Shown one piece after another: positions 33,809 through 43,818 of a stretch of DNA of 64,000 bases. Each line of letters opens with the position of its first letter. The first letter of the stretch is position 1. The notes under the pieces were generated by a model that worked only from the letters and a program-made list of their open reading frames with translations, ran no database searches and had not been told where the DNA came from. Origin of the DNA: Actinomycetota bacterium (lineage in GTDB: Bacteria; Actinomycetota; Acidimicrobiia; Acidimicrobiales; CADCSY01); NCBI GenBank assembly GCA_004366205.1, contig SIRW01000009.1:4997-68996 (forward strand), written 5' to 3'. The position numbers and the translations under genes were made by a program.

Positions 33809-36405
33809 CCACGTCGCCGCACGCGGGGTCCGGCGGGCCCCTGCCGGTCGAGGCGTGCCTGCCCGACCTGCGCGCCGCGCTTTCCGGGCCGGGCCACGCC
33901 GTGCTCCAGGCGCCACCCGGCGCCGGGAAGACGACGGTGGTGCCGCTGCGGCTGCTCGACGAGCCCTGGTTGGGCGACGGGCGCATCGTCGTGCTCGAGC
34001 CCCGCCGGCTCGCGACCCGGGCAGCGGCCCGGCGCATGGCGACCCTGCTCGGCGAGGAGGTCGGGGGCACGGTCGGCTACGTGACCCGCGACGACCGTCG
34101 GGTCGGCGCCACCACCCGCGTCGAGGTCGTGACCGAGGGGGTGCTCACCCGCCGGCTGCAGCGGGACCCGACCCTGGAGGGCACGGCGCTGGTGGTGTTC
34201 GACGAGGTCCACGAGCGCAACCTCCAGACCGACCTCGGCCTCGCCCTGGTGCTGGACGCCCGGGCGTCGCTGCGCCCCGACCTGCGCCTGCTGCTCATGT
34301 CGGCCACGCTCGACGGCGAGCGCTTCGCCCGGCTGCTGGGCGGCGACGGCGGGCCCGCGCCCGTGATCACCAGTGAGGGCCGCGAGCACCCCGTCGAGGT
34401 GCGCTGGGCTCCCCCCGCGCCCCGACGCCGCGTCGCGGAGGCCACGGCGGCGGTCGTGCAACGGGCGCTCGCCGAGGAGCCGAGCGGCGACGTGCTCGTG
34501 TTCCTCCCGGGCGCCGCCGACATCCGCCGCGTCCAGCGCCTGCTCGACCCGGCGCCCGGAGCCGCCGGGGGCGTGCGGCCGGGTCCCCACCGCGCGAGCA
34601 GCGGCGGGCGGGGCGGGCCGGGGCCGGCGCCGGCCGTGCCCGTGGACGTCCGGCCGCTGCACGGGGCGCTGCCGGTCGCCGACCAGGACGCTGCCCTGGC
34701 CCCGTCACCACCGGGCCGGCGCAAGGTGGTGCTGGCCACCGACATCGCCGAGACCAGCCTCACGGTCGAGGGCGTGCGGGTGGTCGTCGACGTGGGCGAG
34801 GCCCGGGTGCCCCGGTTCGACCCGCGAACGGGCATGACCCGCCTGCAGACCGTAGCCGCGTCCCGGGCGTCGGCCGACCAGCGGGCGGGCCGCGCCGGCC
34901 GCACCGAACCGGGCGTCGCCTACCGGCTGTGGTCGAAGGTCGAGCACGCCGCCCGGCGACCCCACCGCGAGCCCGAGATCACCCAGGTCGACCTCGCCGG
35001 CCTCGTGCTCGAGGTGGCCGTGTGGGGCACCACGCCCGACCGCCTGGCCTTCCCCGACGCGCCCCCGGCGCGCAACGTCGCTGAGGCCCACGCGCTGCTG
35101 CGCCTGCTCGGGGCGCTCGACGGCGACGGGCGACCCACGCCCCTCGGTCGTCGCATGGCCGGCCTGCCCCTGCACCCCCGCCTCGCGCACCTCGTGCTGG
35201 CGTCCTCCGACGAGGGCCGGGGCTGGCTCGGCTGCGTCGTGGCCGCGCTCCTCGAGGACCGCGACGTGCTCCGGGGCCCACCCGAGGAGATACCCGCCGA
35301 CCTGGCCGTGCGCGTTGCGCTCGTCACCATCCACGGTGCGGCCCACCCCCTCGCCGACGACCGGGCCGTGCGGCGTGCCCGGGACCGGGCCCACGACCTC
35401 GCCCGGCGCGCCGGCCTCGAGCCGGGCCCCGCGGACCCCGACGCCACCGGGCGGGTCCTGGCCCTGGCCTACCCCGACCGCGTCGCCCAGCGCCGGGGCG
35501 GGCGTCGGGGCCGGTTCGTGCTGCGCACCGGCAGCGGTGCCTGGCTCGCGGACAGCGACAGCCTGGCCGGCGAGGACTTCCTGGTCGCCGCCGACCTCGA
35601 CGGCCGGCGCAGGGAGGCCCGCATCCGCCTGGCGGCCGTGATCGACGAAGCCGACCTGCTCGCCGTGCTCGGCGCGGATGTCGAGGAGCGCGGCACCGTC
35701 GGGTGGGACGGCGACCGCGACGACCTCCTGGCCCGTACCGAACGGCGGCTGGGTCGCCTCACCCTCTCGACGGTCGAGCGGCGTCCCGGTCCCGGCGAGG
35801 CGACCGAACGGGCGCTGCTCGGCCGGGTGCGGGCCACCCGGCTGGCCGCGCTGCCGTGGACGCCGGCAGCCCGCTCGCTGCAACGCCGGGTCGCCTTCCT
35901 CCGGCGCCACCTCGGCGAGGCGTGGCCCGACCTCGCCGACGGGGCCCTCGTCCGCACCCTCGACGACTGGCTCGCCCCGCACCTGGCCGGGGCCAGGGGG
36001 CGGGCCGACCTCGACGCCCTCGACGTGGCCGCCCTGCTGCTCGGCCAGGTCGACCCCGCCCGCCTCCCCGACCTCGACCGCCTGGCGCCCGAGGCGTACG
36101 CGCTGCCCAGCGGCCGGCGGCGGCCGATCGACTATGGCTGCGACCCGCCGGTGCTGGCCGTGCGGGTCCAGGAGCTGTTCGGCGTCACCGAGCACCCGAC
36201 CGTGGCGGACGGCCGGGTGCCGCTCGTGCTGCACCTGCTGTCGCCGGCCGACCGTCCCGTGCAGGTCACGACCGACCTCGCCGGGTTCTGGTCAGGGTCG
36301 TGGCGGGACGTTCGCCGCGCCATGGCGGGGCGCTACCCGAAGCACGACTGGCCCGAGGACCCGGGCCGGGGGTCGCCCCGGGCGGGGGGGCAGGGCCGGG
36401 CGTAG
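33763..36405 (+). CDS. hrpB: ATP-dependent RNA helicase HrpB (DEAH-box)
   Basis: APPGAGKTT, VVFDEVHERN, SATL, TDIAETSLTVEGV and QRAGRAGR. No ATG/GTG/TTG lies close to the conserved N-terminus, so the nearest in-frame GTG at 33763 (overlapping the upstream gene) is used. Confidence 0.8.
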   Translation: MPLRRRVPRRVGGGLTTSPHAGSGGPLPVEACLPDLRAALSGPGHAVLQAPPGAGKTTVVPLRLLDEPWLGDGRIVVLEPRRLATRAAARRMATLLGEEVGGTVGYVTRDDRRVGATTRVEVVTEGVLTRRLQRDPTLEGTALVVFDEVHERNLQTDLGLALVLDARASLRPDLRLLLMSATLDGERFARLLGGDGGPAPVITSEGREHPVEVRWAPPAPRRRVAEATAAVVQRALAEEPSGDVLVFLPGAADIRRVQRLLDPAPGAAGGVRPGPHRASSGGRGGPGPAPAVPVDVRPLHGALPVADQDAALAPSPPGRRKVVLATDIAETSLTVEGVRVVVDVGEARVPRFDPRTGMTRLQTVAASRASADQRAGRAGRTEPGVAYRLWSKVEHAARRPHREPEITQVDLAGLVLEVAVWGTTPDRLAFPDAPPARNVAEAHALLRLLGALDGDGRPTPLGRRMAGLPLHPRLAHLVLASSDEGRGWLGCVVAALLEDRDVLRGPPEEIPADLAVRVALVTIHGAAHPLADDRAVRRARDRAHDLARRAGLEPGPADPDATGRVLALAYPDRVAQRRGGRRGRFVLRTGSGAWLADSDSLAGEDFLVAADLDGRRREARIRLAAVIDEADLLAVLGADVEERGTVGWDGDRDDLLARTERRLGRLTLSTVERRPGPGEATERALLGRVRATRLAALPWTPAARSLQRRVAFLRRHLGEAWPDLADGALVRTLDDWLAPHLAGARGRADLDALDVAALLLGQVDPARLPDLDRLAPEAYALPSGRRRPIDYGCDPPVLAVRVQELFGVTEHPTVADGRVPLVLHLLSPADRPVQVTTDLAGFWSGSWRDVRRAMAGRYPKHDWPEDPGRGSPRAGGQGRA

Positions 36406-36439
36406 ACTCGCCGGCAGCCGCGAGGATGAGGGGGATCCG

Positions 36440-37945
36440 ATGAAGCAGCTGTCCGGCCTCGACGCCACCTTCCTGCACATGGAGACGGGAAGCCAGTTCG
36501 GCCACGTGTCGGGCCTCCTGATCTTCAGCAAGCCGAGCCCCGACTACCAGCCGCTCCCGGCCTGGCGCGCCCAGGTCGAGCAGCGCCTCCACCTGCTCGA
36601 GCCCCTCCGCCGGCGGCTGGTCGAGGTGCCGTTCGGCATCGACCACCCCTTCTGGATCGAGGACCCCGACTTCGACCTCGACTTCCACATCCGCCACACC
36701 GCCGTGCCCCCGCCCGGCGGCGACGAGCAGCTCACCGAGCTGGTGGCCCGCCTGATCGCCCGCCCCCTCGACCGCCGGCGCCCGCTTTGGGAGACCTACA
36801 TCATCGAAGGGCTCGCGGACGACCGCTGGGCGGTGCTCACCAAGATCCACCACGCCACCGTCGACGGGGCATCGGGCGCTGAGCTCACCACGATGATGCT
36901 CGACCTCGATCCCAACGGCGACGAGGTCCCGCCGCCCGAGAGCGACTGGAAGCCCGAGCGGCCGCCGTCGGACCTCGAGGTGCTCGCCCGGGCCGGGATC
37001 AGCGTCGCCCGCAAGCCAGCCCGGGCCCTGCTGCTCACGGCCCGCACCGCCCGCGAGCTCGGCCGGGCCACCCGCAACCCGGTCGTGGTGGCCGCCGCCG
37101 ACCAGTTCCGCGCCAGCCTCCGGGGCCCGCTCGGCACGCTGCTCAACATCGGCCGCCGGCGGGCCGCCGAACCCGACGAGCCGCCCCGGCTGCCGTCGCT
37201 GCGGGCGCCCCGCACGCCGTTCAACGCCCCGATCACCCCGCACCGCAAGCTGGCCATCCGCACCACGTCGCTCGACGCCGTGAAGGCGGTGAAGAACGCG
37301 CTCGGCGCCACCGTGAACGACATCGTCATGGCCGTCTGCGCCGGTGGGCTGCGGACCTGGCTCGACGACCGCGGCGAGCTGCCCGCCGAGCCCCTGGTGG
37401 CGATGATCCCGGTCTCGATCCGCACCGGCGAGGAGACCGAGCGCTGGACCAACCGCGTCTCGGGCCTGTTCGCCGTGCTCCCCACCGACGAGGCCGAGCC
37501 CTTCGAGCGGGTGCGCAAGGTGCACGAGTCCATGGTGAACGCCAAGCAGATGTTCGACGCCATGCCCGCCGCGGCGCTCACCGACTTCGCCCAGTTCCCC
37601 CCGCCCGCCATCTTCACCCGGGCGATGCGCATGACCAGCCGGCTGCGGCTCAACGAGCGCCTGCCCGTCAACCTGGTGATCTCGAACGTGCCCGGCCCCC
37701 GCCAGCCGCTCTACGCCGCCGGCGGGGCCCGCATGGAGCACTACTACCCGGTGTCGACCATCGTCGACGGCCAGGGCCTCAACATCACCGTGCAGAGCTA
37801 CCTCGACCGGCTCGACTTCGGCCTGGTCGCCTGCCGCGAGCTGGTTCCCGACCTCGACCGCCTCGCCGATGCCATCGTCGAGGACCTCCAGGGGCTCTGC
37901 AAGGCCGCCGGCGTCGACGTCCCCGTCGTCGACCTCTCCGCCTGA
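36440..37945 (+). CDS. Wax ester synthase / diacylglycerol acyltransferase (WS/DGAT)
   Basis: HHATVDGASG active-site motif. The N-terminus MKQLSGLDATFLHMET is typical of the family. Confidence 0.85.
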   Translation: MKQLSGLDATFLHMETGSQFGHVSGLLIFSKPSPDYQPLPAWRAQVEQRLHLLEPLRRRLVEVPFGIDHPFWIEDPDFDLDFHIRHTAVPPPGGDEQLTELVARLIARPLDRRRPLWETYIIEGLADDRWAVLTKIHHATVDGASGAELTTMMLDLDPNGDEVPPPESDWKPERPPSDLEVLARAGISVARKPARALLLTARTARELGRATRNPVVVAAADQFRASLRGPLGTLLNIGRRRAAEPDEPPRLPSLRAPRTPFNAPITPHRKLAIRTTSLDAVKAVKNALGATVNDIVMAVCAGGLRTWLDDRGELPAEPLVAMIPVSIRTGEETERWTNRVSGLFAVLPTDEAEPFERVRKVHESMVNAKQMFDAMPAAALTDFAQFPPPAIFTRAMRMTSRLRLNERLPVNLVISNVPGPRQPLYAAGGARMEHYYPVSTIVDGQGLNITVQSYLDRLDFGLVACRELVPDLDRLADAIVEDLQGLCKAAGVDVPVVDLSA

Positions 37946-38003
37946 GGTCCCCCGCCCGGGGAACGACTCCGCCGCCTGGGGCGCTGCCCCGAGCGCGCTC
38001 CCC

Positions 38004-38135
38004 GACCGAGTTCAGCCCTTCGGTCGGGTCGTTGCTGGCGCTGGTGGTGTGGTGGGCGAGGATCTCGCTTGGCCACCGCGTCAGGGCCTTGCCGGGCGAG
38101 CGGATCTCCGGGACGTGGTCGGCGGGGATGTCGCT
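38004..38135 (-). mobile_element. ISL3-family transposase C-terminal relic (non-functional fragment)
   Basis: The frame reads ...GKALTRWPSEILAHHTTSASNDPTEGLNSVGE.... This resembles the ISL3 C-terminal block (...TLxxWxxEILAYFxTxxSNGPTEAxNxxIK), recalled from memory. No catalytic region is present. Confidence 0.45.
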
Positions 38136-38175
38136 GTCTTCTTGCCGGACGGGATCGGGCCCTACGCGCACAGCT

Positions 38176-39519
38176 TCAGGCGTCGGGCACCCAGTTGCCG
38201 TGGAAGCCGAAGGGCACCCGGCGGGGTAGGTGGATGGTTGCGAGCGGCTCGCCGGTGAAGTCCTGGGCGGCCAGGATCACCACGTCGCTGCGATCGGTGG
38301 CGGCGTCGTAGACGTAGGACATGACCCAGCCGTCGTCCTCGGCGGCGTCGTCGCTGCGGGCCACGAACACGGGCTCGAGCGAGACCCGACCGGGGCCGTA
38401 GTGGTGCAGCTCGGCCGTGCCGGCGTCAAGGTCGTGCTTGATGGTCGGCCCGTGCTCGACGCCGGCGCCCAGCGTCGTGCCGTACCCGAACCGATGGCGC
38501 CGGCCCGTGCGGCGCTCGTCCAGGCGGGGGAACTCCTGGGCCCGGTCGTCGAGCTGCTCCTCCTTCACCCGGCCGCTCGCCGGGTCGAGCGTCCAGCGCC
38601 ACAGGCTGGGCGGCCCTTCGTTCGGCCCCTGCAGGTCGGTGGCGAACATCTTCGGGTGGCGGATCACGTCGACCACCACCCGCCCGTCGGGCAGGTCGTA
38701 GGCGTTGAGCGGGTGGTACACGAAGCAGGGCCGGTCGAGCTCGCACCACACGACGTCGCCGGCCTCGCCGTCGCGGGGGAGGAGGCCCACACGGGCGGCG
38801 TACCCCTCGTCCCACAGGTAGGGGAGCCGCACCCCGTTCATGGCGGCGTCGAGGTTGAAGGTGACGGGCAGGTCGAACAGCAGCACCTGGGTCTCGGTGA
38901 TGGCGCAGTCGTGCACCATCGGGCGACCCGGAACCGGCACGTGCACGGTCTTGCGGACGAGCCCGTCGGCGCCGACCACGACGTAGCGGAGGTGGTCCCA
39001 CTGCCAGTAGTACGTGACGGCGTGCAGCTCGCCGGTGACCGGGTCGGCGTGCGGGTGGGCAGTGAACGACCCGTCGAGCGTGCCGCCGAAGTTCGACCGA
39101 CATGCCGTCTCCAGCTCGTAGGTCAGCTCGACGGGCACCGGTCCCGCCTCGACCAGGGCGTAGGTTCGCCCGGCGAGGCTGATCACGTTGGTGTTGGCGC
39201 CGTCGCCCATGCCGTGTCGGGGGCCCTCGATGGGAGGCTCTCCCAGCGCCTCGGTCACGCGGTCGCTGCGCACGAACCGGTTGCGGTACCACTCGGCGCG
39301 GCCGTCGCGGATGCGCACGCCGTGCACCATGCCGTCGCCGGTGAACCAGTGGTAGGTGGCCGGGTCCTCCGGGACGACCGGGTTGGGCCCGATGCGCAGC
39401 AGGCGGCCGGCCAGCTCGGTGGGGATCTCGCCGGTCACCTCGAGGTCGAAGGCCGTGACCTCCTCGGTGACCGGGGCGAAGTTGCCCTCCAGGTAGCGGT
39501 TGGTCTCGGTGGTGCTCAT
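38176..39519 (-). CDS. Carotenoid cleavage oxygenase (RPE65/CCD family)
   Basis: Starts MSTTETNRYLEGNFAPV. The four His blocks are FTAHPH, MVHDCA, VYHPLNA and FGFHGNW. Confidence 0.85.
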   Translation of the reverse strand: MSTTETNRYLEGNFAPVTEEVTAFDLEVTGEIPTELAGRLLRIGPNPVVPEDPATYHWFTGDGMVHGVRIRDGRAEWYRNRFVRSDRVTEALGEPPIEGPRHGMGDGANTNVISLAGRTYALVEAGPVPVELTYELETACRSNFGGTLDGSFTAHPHADPVTGELHAVTYYWQWDHLRYVVVGADGLVRKTVHVPVPGRPMVHDCAITETQVLLFDLPVTFNLDAAMNGVRLPYLWDEGYAARVGLLPRDGEAGDVVWCELDRPCFVYHPLNAYDLPDGRVVVDVIRHPKMFATDLQGPNEGPPSLWRWTLDPASGRVKEEQLDDRAQEFPRLDERRTGRRHRFGYGTTLGAGVEHGPTIKHDLDAGTAELHHYGPGRVSLEPVFVARSDDAAEDDGWVMSYVYDAATDRSDVVILAAQDFTGEPLATIHLPRRVPFGFHGNWVPDA

Positions 39520-39641
39520 CGGCTGCCCCCCTGACGTCGGCCGTGCCCGCCGACGGTACCCCTCGGGCCGTGCCCCTGCATCCGCCCACGGTCGAGAGCG
39601 CCCCTCCACCCCTGAGACGGACCCCCACCATCACCCCTCGC

Positions 39642-39689
39642 TTCTGGGTGGGCGGGGTTCCAGCCTGATGAGACGGGAGCCACCCAGAA
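39642..39689. repeat. Hairpin repeat, family 1 copy C: TTCTGGGTGG-N28-CCACCCAGAA
   Basis: Same 10-bp arms and same 28-nt loop length as the two copies at 63073 and 63135. The loop sequence differs. Confidence 0.6.
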
Positions 39690-39742
39690 CGGGAAGGGGG
39701 CGGAAGGGGGGAGGCGGCGTGCGGGTGAGGCCCGGGGGTCCG

Positions 39743-40180
39743 TCAGGGGGCGGTGGGGTGGAATCGGGGCAGGGCGTGGGTGCCGTCGTCGCTTCGTTCG
39801 AACACGACCTCGACGGGCATGCCGACCCGCACGTCGTCGGGGTCGCAGCCCACCACGTTGGTCATCACCCGGGGGCCCTCGTCGAGCTCGACGTAGGCGA
39901 TGACGTAGGGGCCGGCGCCCGCCCACGGGCCGCCCCGCACCCGGCGCACGACCGTGAAGCTGTACACGTGGCCCTGGCCGGTGGCATCGATCCAGGACAC
40001 CTCCCGGCCCCGGCACACGGGGCAGAACCGGCGCGGGTACCAGATGACGTAGCCGCAGGCGTCGCATCGGGGGAGCACCAGCCGGCCCTCGGCGGCCGCT
40101 TCCCAGAACGGCGCCGTCTCGACCGTCGGGGACGGCGCGCCCGTGGGCAGCCCGCTGGAGAACCCGTCGCCCGGCACCAT
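39743..40180 (-). CDS. DUF35 OB-fold / zinc-ribbon acyl-CoA-associated protein
   Basis: CDACGYVIWYPRRFCPVCRG followed by an OB-fold segment. Its ATG overlaps the thiolase stop (ATGA). Confidence 0.8.
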   Translation of the reverse strand: MVPGDGFSSGLPTGAPSPTVETAPFWEAAAEGRLVLPRCDACGYVIWYPRRFCPVCRGREVSWIDATGQGHVYSFTVVRRVRGGPWAGAGPYVIAYVELDEGPRVMTNVVGCDPDDVRVGMPVEVVFERSDDGTHALPRFHPTAP

Positions 40181-41349
40181 CAGCCCTCCCTCCCGAGGAT
40201 CAGCGTCGCGCTGCCCATGCGGGTGGACAGCGACCCGCCGGTGCCGTGGGCCAGGGCGATCTCGCAGTCGGGTACCTGCACCGCGGGGTGCGCCTCTCCT
40301 CGCAGCTGGCGCACGGCCTCGATCACCTTGGTCATGCCACCCCGGTTGCCCGGATGGTTGTTGCACAGCCCGCCGCCGTCGGTGTTGAACGGCAGGGCGC
40401 CGTGGGGCGACTCGAGCGCCCCGTCGGCCACGAACGGCCCGCCCTGCCCCTTCTCGCAGAAGCCGAGGTCCTCGATGGTCTCGAGCACGGTGATCGTGAA
40501 GCTGTCGTAGATCGAGGCGTAGTCGACGTCCGCGGGGGTCACGCCGGCCTCCTCGAAGGCCCGGGGCCCGGACCACACTGCCCCGGTGTAGGTCAGGTCG
40601 ACCCGGCCCCCGGCGGTGTCCTTGACCGCCTCGCCGTGGCCCAGCACCACCGCCGTGCGCCGGTCGAGGTCGCGGGCCACGTCGGGGTGCACGACCACGA
40701 GGGCACCGCCGCCGTCGGTGATGACGCAGCAGTCGAGGCGGTGCAGCGGGTCGCAGATCATGGGCGAGTCGAGCACCTCCTCGACCGTCACCTCCTTGGG
40801 CAGGAAGGCGTCGGGGTTGTGCTTGGCGTGGCGCGACGCCGCCACCTTGATCCAGGCCAGCTGCTCGCTCGTCGTGCCGAACTCGTGCATGTGGCGGGTG
40901 GCGGCCAGGGCGTAGTTGCCGACGGCGCCGGGCGTGCCCCACAGGCGCTCGAAGTCGGCCTCGGGCGAGCTCGGCACCCGCGCCGCCGCTCCGGGCTGCG
41001 CGCCCCCCGTTCGGGGCTTGCCTGCCAGCGTGATCAGCGCCACGCGGCACTTGCCGGTTGCGATGGCGGCCGCCGCGTGCCCCACGTGCAGCAGGTAGGA
41101 GGAGCCGCCGGTCTCGGTCGAGTCGACGTACGAGCACCGCAGGCCCAGGTACTCCACCATCGACAACGGACCCATGCCCGGTGCCGAGCCGTCGCAGAAG
41201 AAGGCGTCGACGTCGTCGAAGTCGAGCCCGGCGTCGGCGAGGGCGCCAGCGGCCACCTCGGCGTGGATCTCGGCCAGCGTCCGGTCGGGGATCTCGCGCC
41301 GGGGATGCTCGTACACCCCGGCGATGTGGGCCTTGCCTCTGATGCTCAC
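40180..41349 (-). CDS. Thiolase-like / lipid-transfer (SCP-x type) protein
   Basis: GTG 41349 (VSIRGKAHIAGVYEH). Thiolase-fold blocks, C-terminal NTDGGGL...HPGNRGGM. Typical partner of DUF35. Confidence 0.8.
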   Translation of the reverse strand: MSIRGKAHIAGVYEHPRREIPDRTLAEIHAEVAAGALADAGLDFDDVDAFFCDGSAPGMGPLSMVEYLGLRCSYVDSTETGGSSYLLHVGHAAAAIATGKCRVALITLAGKPRTGGAQPGAAARVPSSPEADFERLWGTPGAVGNYALAATRHMHEFGTTSEQLAWIKVAASRHAKHNPDAFLPKEVTVEEVLDSPMICDPLHRLDCCVITDGGGALVVVHPDVARDLDRRTAVVLGHGEAVKDTAGGRVDLTYTGAVWSGPRAFEEAGVTPADVDYASIYDSFTITVLETIEDLGFCEKGQGGPFVADGALESPHGALPFNTDGGGLCNNHPGNRGGMTKVIEAVRQLRGEAHPAVQVPDCEIALAHGTGGSLSTRMGSATLILGREG

Positions 41350-41488
41350 CCGGCGGAGTCTGCGCCGGGCGCGCCGGCGTTCGCAAAGACGGACCGTGCC
41401 GCGGCGGCTCGGCGGCTCCGCCGCGCCCCGGCGGCAGCCGGCGGGCTGTGGTAGGCCAGGGAGCAGCCGCAGCCACCGGGAGGGCACC

Positions 41489-43048
41489 ATGGCCGAGCTC
41501 AATCGCAAGCTGGCGGAGGAGAAGGGCGACGCCGTCGCCTTGAGCGACGAGTTCTCGACCCGGACCTACGCCGAGGTCAACGAGCGCGTGAACCGCCTGA
41601 TCCACGCCGTGCGCGACGCCGGCCTCCGGGTGGGCGACGTCGCCGGCATCCTCACCGGCAACCGCAACGAGTTCTTCGAGATCACCAACGCCCTCACCCA
41701 CACCGGCGTCACCTTCGTGCCGATCAACTGGCACTTCACGCCTGAGGAGGTCGCCTACATCCTCGACGACTCCGGCGCCACGGCCCTGTTCGCCGACCAC
41801 GAGTTCGGCGACCTGGCGGCGGCGTCGACCGACCGGGTGCCGGCGGTCAAGACGAAGGTGGTCTTCGGCGGTCCCGGCCCCGACGGCTTCGCCGACTACG
41901 AGGAGCTGATCGCCTCCGGCAGCCCCGAAGAACCGCCCGACCAGTCGGCGGGCTTCGTCATGTTCTACACGTCGGGCACCACCGGCCACCCCAAGGGCGT
42001 GAAGTCCTCGATGGTCGAGATCGGCGGCCCGCTCGGCGCCATCGAGTTCGCCCTCGAAGCGTTCGCCGGCCTGCTGCAGATGCCCCGCGACGGCGTCGCC
42101 CTCGTGAACTCACCCGTGTACCACGCCGGGCCCTACCTGCTGTCGGCCGTGCCGTCGGCCATCGGGAACCGACTGGTGATCCGCCGCAAGTTCGACCCCG
42201 CCGAGACCCTCCGGCTGATCGACGAGGAGCAGGTGTCGATCGTCTACGCCGTGCCGACCCAGTTCGTGCGCCTCCTGCGCCTGCCCGAGGACGTGAAGCG
42301 GTCCTTCGACGGGTCGAGCCTCAAGTACGTGTTCCACACCGCGGCGCCGTGCCCACCCGACGTGAAGCGCCAGATGATCGACTGGTGGGGGCCGGTGATC
42401 TACGAGTACTACGGCGCCAGCGAGGGTGCCGGGAGCGGCACCGGCATCACGTCGGAGGAGTGGCTGGAGCGTCCCGGCAGCGTAGGCAAGGCCCTGCCCA
42501 CCTGCGAGGTGCTGATCCTCGACGAGCAGGGCAACCGGCTGGGGCCCAACGAGGTCGGCCAGATCTACTTCAAGAGCCTGATGGGCACCGACTTCGAGTA
42601 CCACAACGCCCCCGACAAGACGGCCGAGTCGCACCTCGAGCCCGGCGTCTACACCTACGGGGATGTCGGCTACCTCGACGACGAGGGCTACCTGTACCTG
42701 TCGGACCGCAAGATCGACATGATCATCTCGGGCGGGGTCAACATCTACCCGGCCGAGATCGAGGCCGTGCTGCTGAACCACCCGAAGGTTCGGGACGTGG
42801 CTGTGTTCGGCATCCCCAACGAGGAGTTCGGCGAGGAGGTCAAGGCCGTCATCCAGCCCATGGAGGGCGTCGAGCCCTCCGAAGAGCTCGAGCAAGAGCT
42901 CATGGCCTACTGCCGGGAGCACCTGGCCGGGTACAAGCGGCCCCGGTCCATCGACTTCACCGACGACTTCCCGCGCACCGAGACCGGCAAGCTGCAGAAG
43001 CGCCTGCTGCGCGACCCGTACTGGGAGGGCCAGGAGCGCACGATCTGA
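41489..43048 (+). CDS. Acyl-CoA synthetase / AMP-dependent ligase (FadD-like)
   Basis: YTSGTTGHPKGV, YGASEG, GDVGYLDDEGYLYLSDRKIDMIISGG and TGKLQKR. Confidence 0.85.
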   Translation: MAELNRKLAEEKGDAVALSDEFSTRTYAEVNERVNRLIHAVRDAGLRVGDVAGILTGNRNEFFEITNALTHTGVTFVPINWHFTPEEVAYILDDSGATALFADHEFGDLAAASTDRVPAVKTKVVFGGPGPDGFADYEELIASGSPEEPPDQSAGFVMFYTSGTTGHPKGVKSSMVEIGGPLGAIEFALEAFAGLLQMPRDGVALVNSPVYHAGPYLLSAVPSAIGNRLVIRRKFDPAETLRLIDEEQVSIVYAVPTQFVRLLRLPEDVKRSFDGSSLKYVFHTAAPCPPDVKRQMIDWWGPVIYEYYGASEGAGSGTGITSEEWLERPGSVGKALPTCEVLILDEQGNRLGPNEVGQIYFKSLMGTDFEYHNAPDKTAESHLEPGVYTYGDVGYLDDEGYLYLSDRKIDMIISGGVNIYPAEIEAVLLNHPKVRDVAVFGIPNEEFGEEVKAVIQPMEGVEPSEELEQELMAYCREHLAGYKRPRSIDFTDDFPRTETGKLQKRLLRDPYWEGQERTI

Positions 43049-43076
43049 CGGCCGGGTCGACCGGTCGCCGGCTCGC

Positions 43077-43412
43077 TCAGACGGCGGGGAACACCTCGAC
43101 CAGGAAGTTCAGCGGGTCGTCGGCCGTGGTCGCCGCGAACGGTGCGACCTCCTCGCCCGGCGCCGGCCGGTGGTCGAACCCGTCGTAGAACCCATCGTCC
43201 CACAGCCAGCCGTCATCGGGGAGGTCGCCGTAGCGGTCCTCGACGGCGTCCGCCGGGGCGGGGACGCCCGGCGCGGGCTCGGGCGCCGGGGTGCCGGGAG
43301 CCGCCCCGGCGGTGAGGCCGGCGAGCACGGACGCCGCCGCGAACAGGCCGGCGGCGAGGAGGGACACGATGCCGGCGAGGGTGCGGCGGGGGGTTCGGTG
43401 GTCGCCGTTCAC
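43077..43412 (-). CDS. Hypothetical small secreted protein
   Basis: From GTG 43412 there is a signal-like N-terminus (RRTLAGIVSLLAAGLFAAASVLAG), then a Pro-rich segment and an acidic, aromatic-rich tail. Confidence 0.45.
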   Translation of the reverse strand: MNGDHRTPRRTLAGIVSLLAAGLFAAASVLAGLTAGAAPGTPAPEPAPGVPAPADAVEDRYGDLPDDGWLWDDGFYDGFDHRPAPGEEVAPFAATTADDPLNFLVEVFPAV

Positions 43413-43515
43413 GTGCAGAGCCCTTGCCGCGATCCGCCCTCGGCAAACCTGGCCGGTCCGGCAGCGGTTCGCGCGTGCAAGGATCCCCGGGTCAGGTGAA
43501 CGTTCGGGAGGAACC

Positions 43516-43818
43516 ATGATCAAGGTCAGCGTGCTCTACCCCGCCACCGACGGCGCCCGGTTCGACCACGACTACTACCGGGACAAGCACGTGCCGTTGG
43601 CGAAGGAGGCGTTCGGCGACGGCGTCAAGCGCGTGGAGATCGACCGGGGCATCGACGCGATGGGTCCGGCGCCGTTCGTGGCCGCCGCCCACTTCTGGTT
43701 CGACTCCCAGGAGGCCGTGCAGGCCGCGATGGCCGGGGCCGGCAGCCTGATCGCCGACGTCCCGAACTACACCGACATCCAGCCCCAGCTGGTGGTCAGC
43801 GAGGTCGTGGAGGGCTAG
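43516..43818 (+). CDS. EthD family reductase-like protein
   Basis: 100 aa. MIKVSVLYPATDGARFDHDYYRDKHVPL matches the EthD (TIGR02118-like) pattern as I recall it. GGAGG lies upstream. Confidence 0.7.
   Translation: MIKVSVLYPATDGARFDHDYYRDKHVPLAKEAFGDGVKRVEIDRGIDAMGPAPFVAAAHFWFDSQEAVQAAMAGAGSLIADVPNYTDIQPQLVVSEVVEG

Noticed and set aside
39665-39672. CUGAUGAG in the loop of hairpin copy C as a hammerhead ribozyme core
   Set aside because: There is no matching GAAA box, stem II/III arrangement or cleavage-site context. A 7-8-mer like this is expected several times by chance in 128 kb of two-strand sequence.
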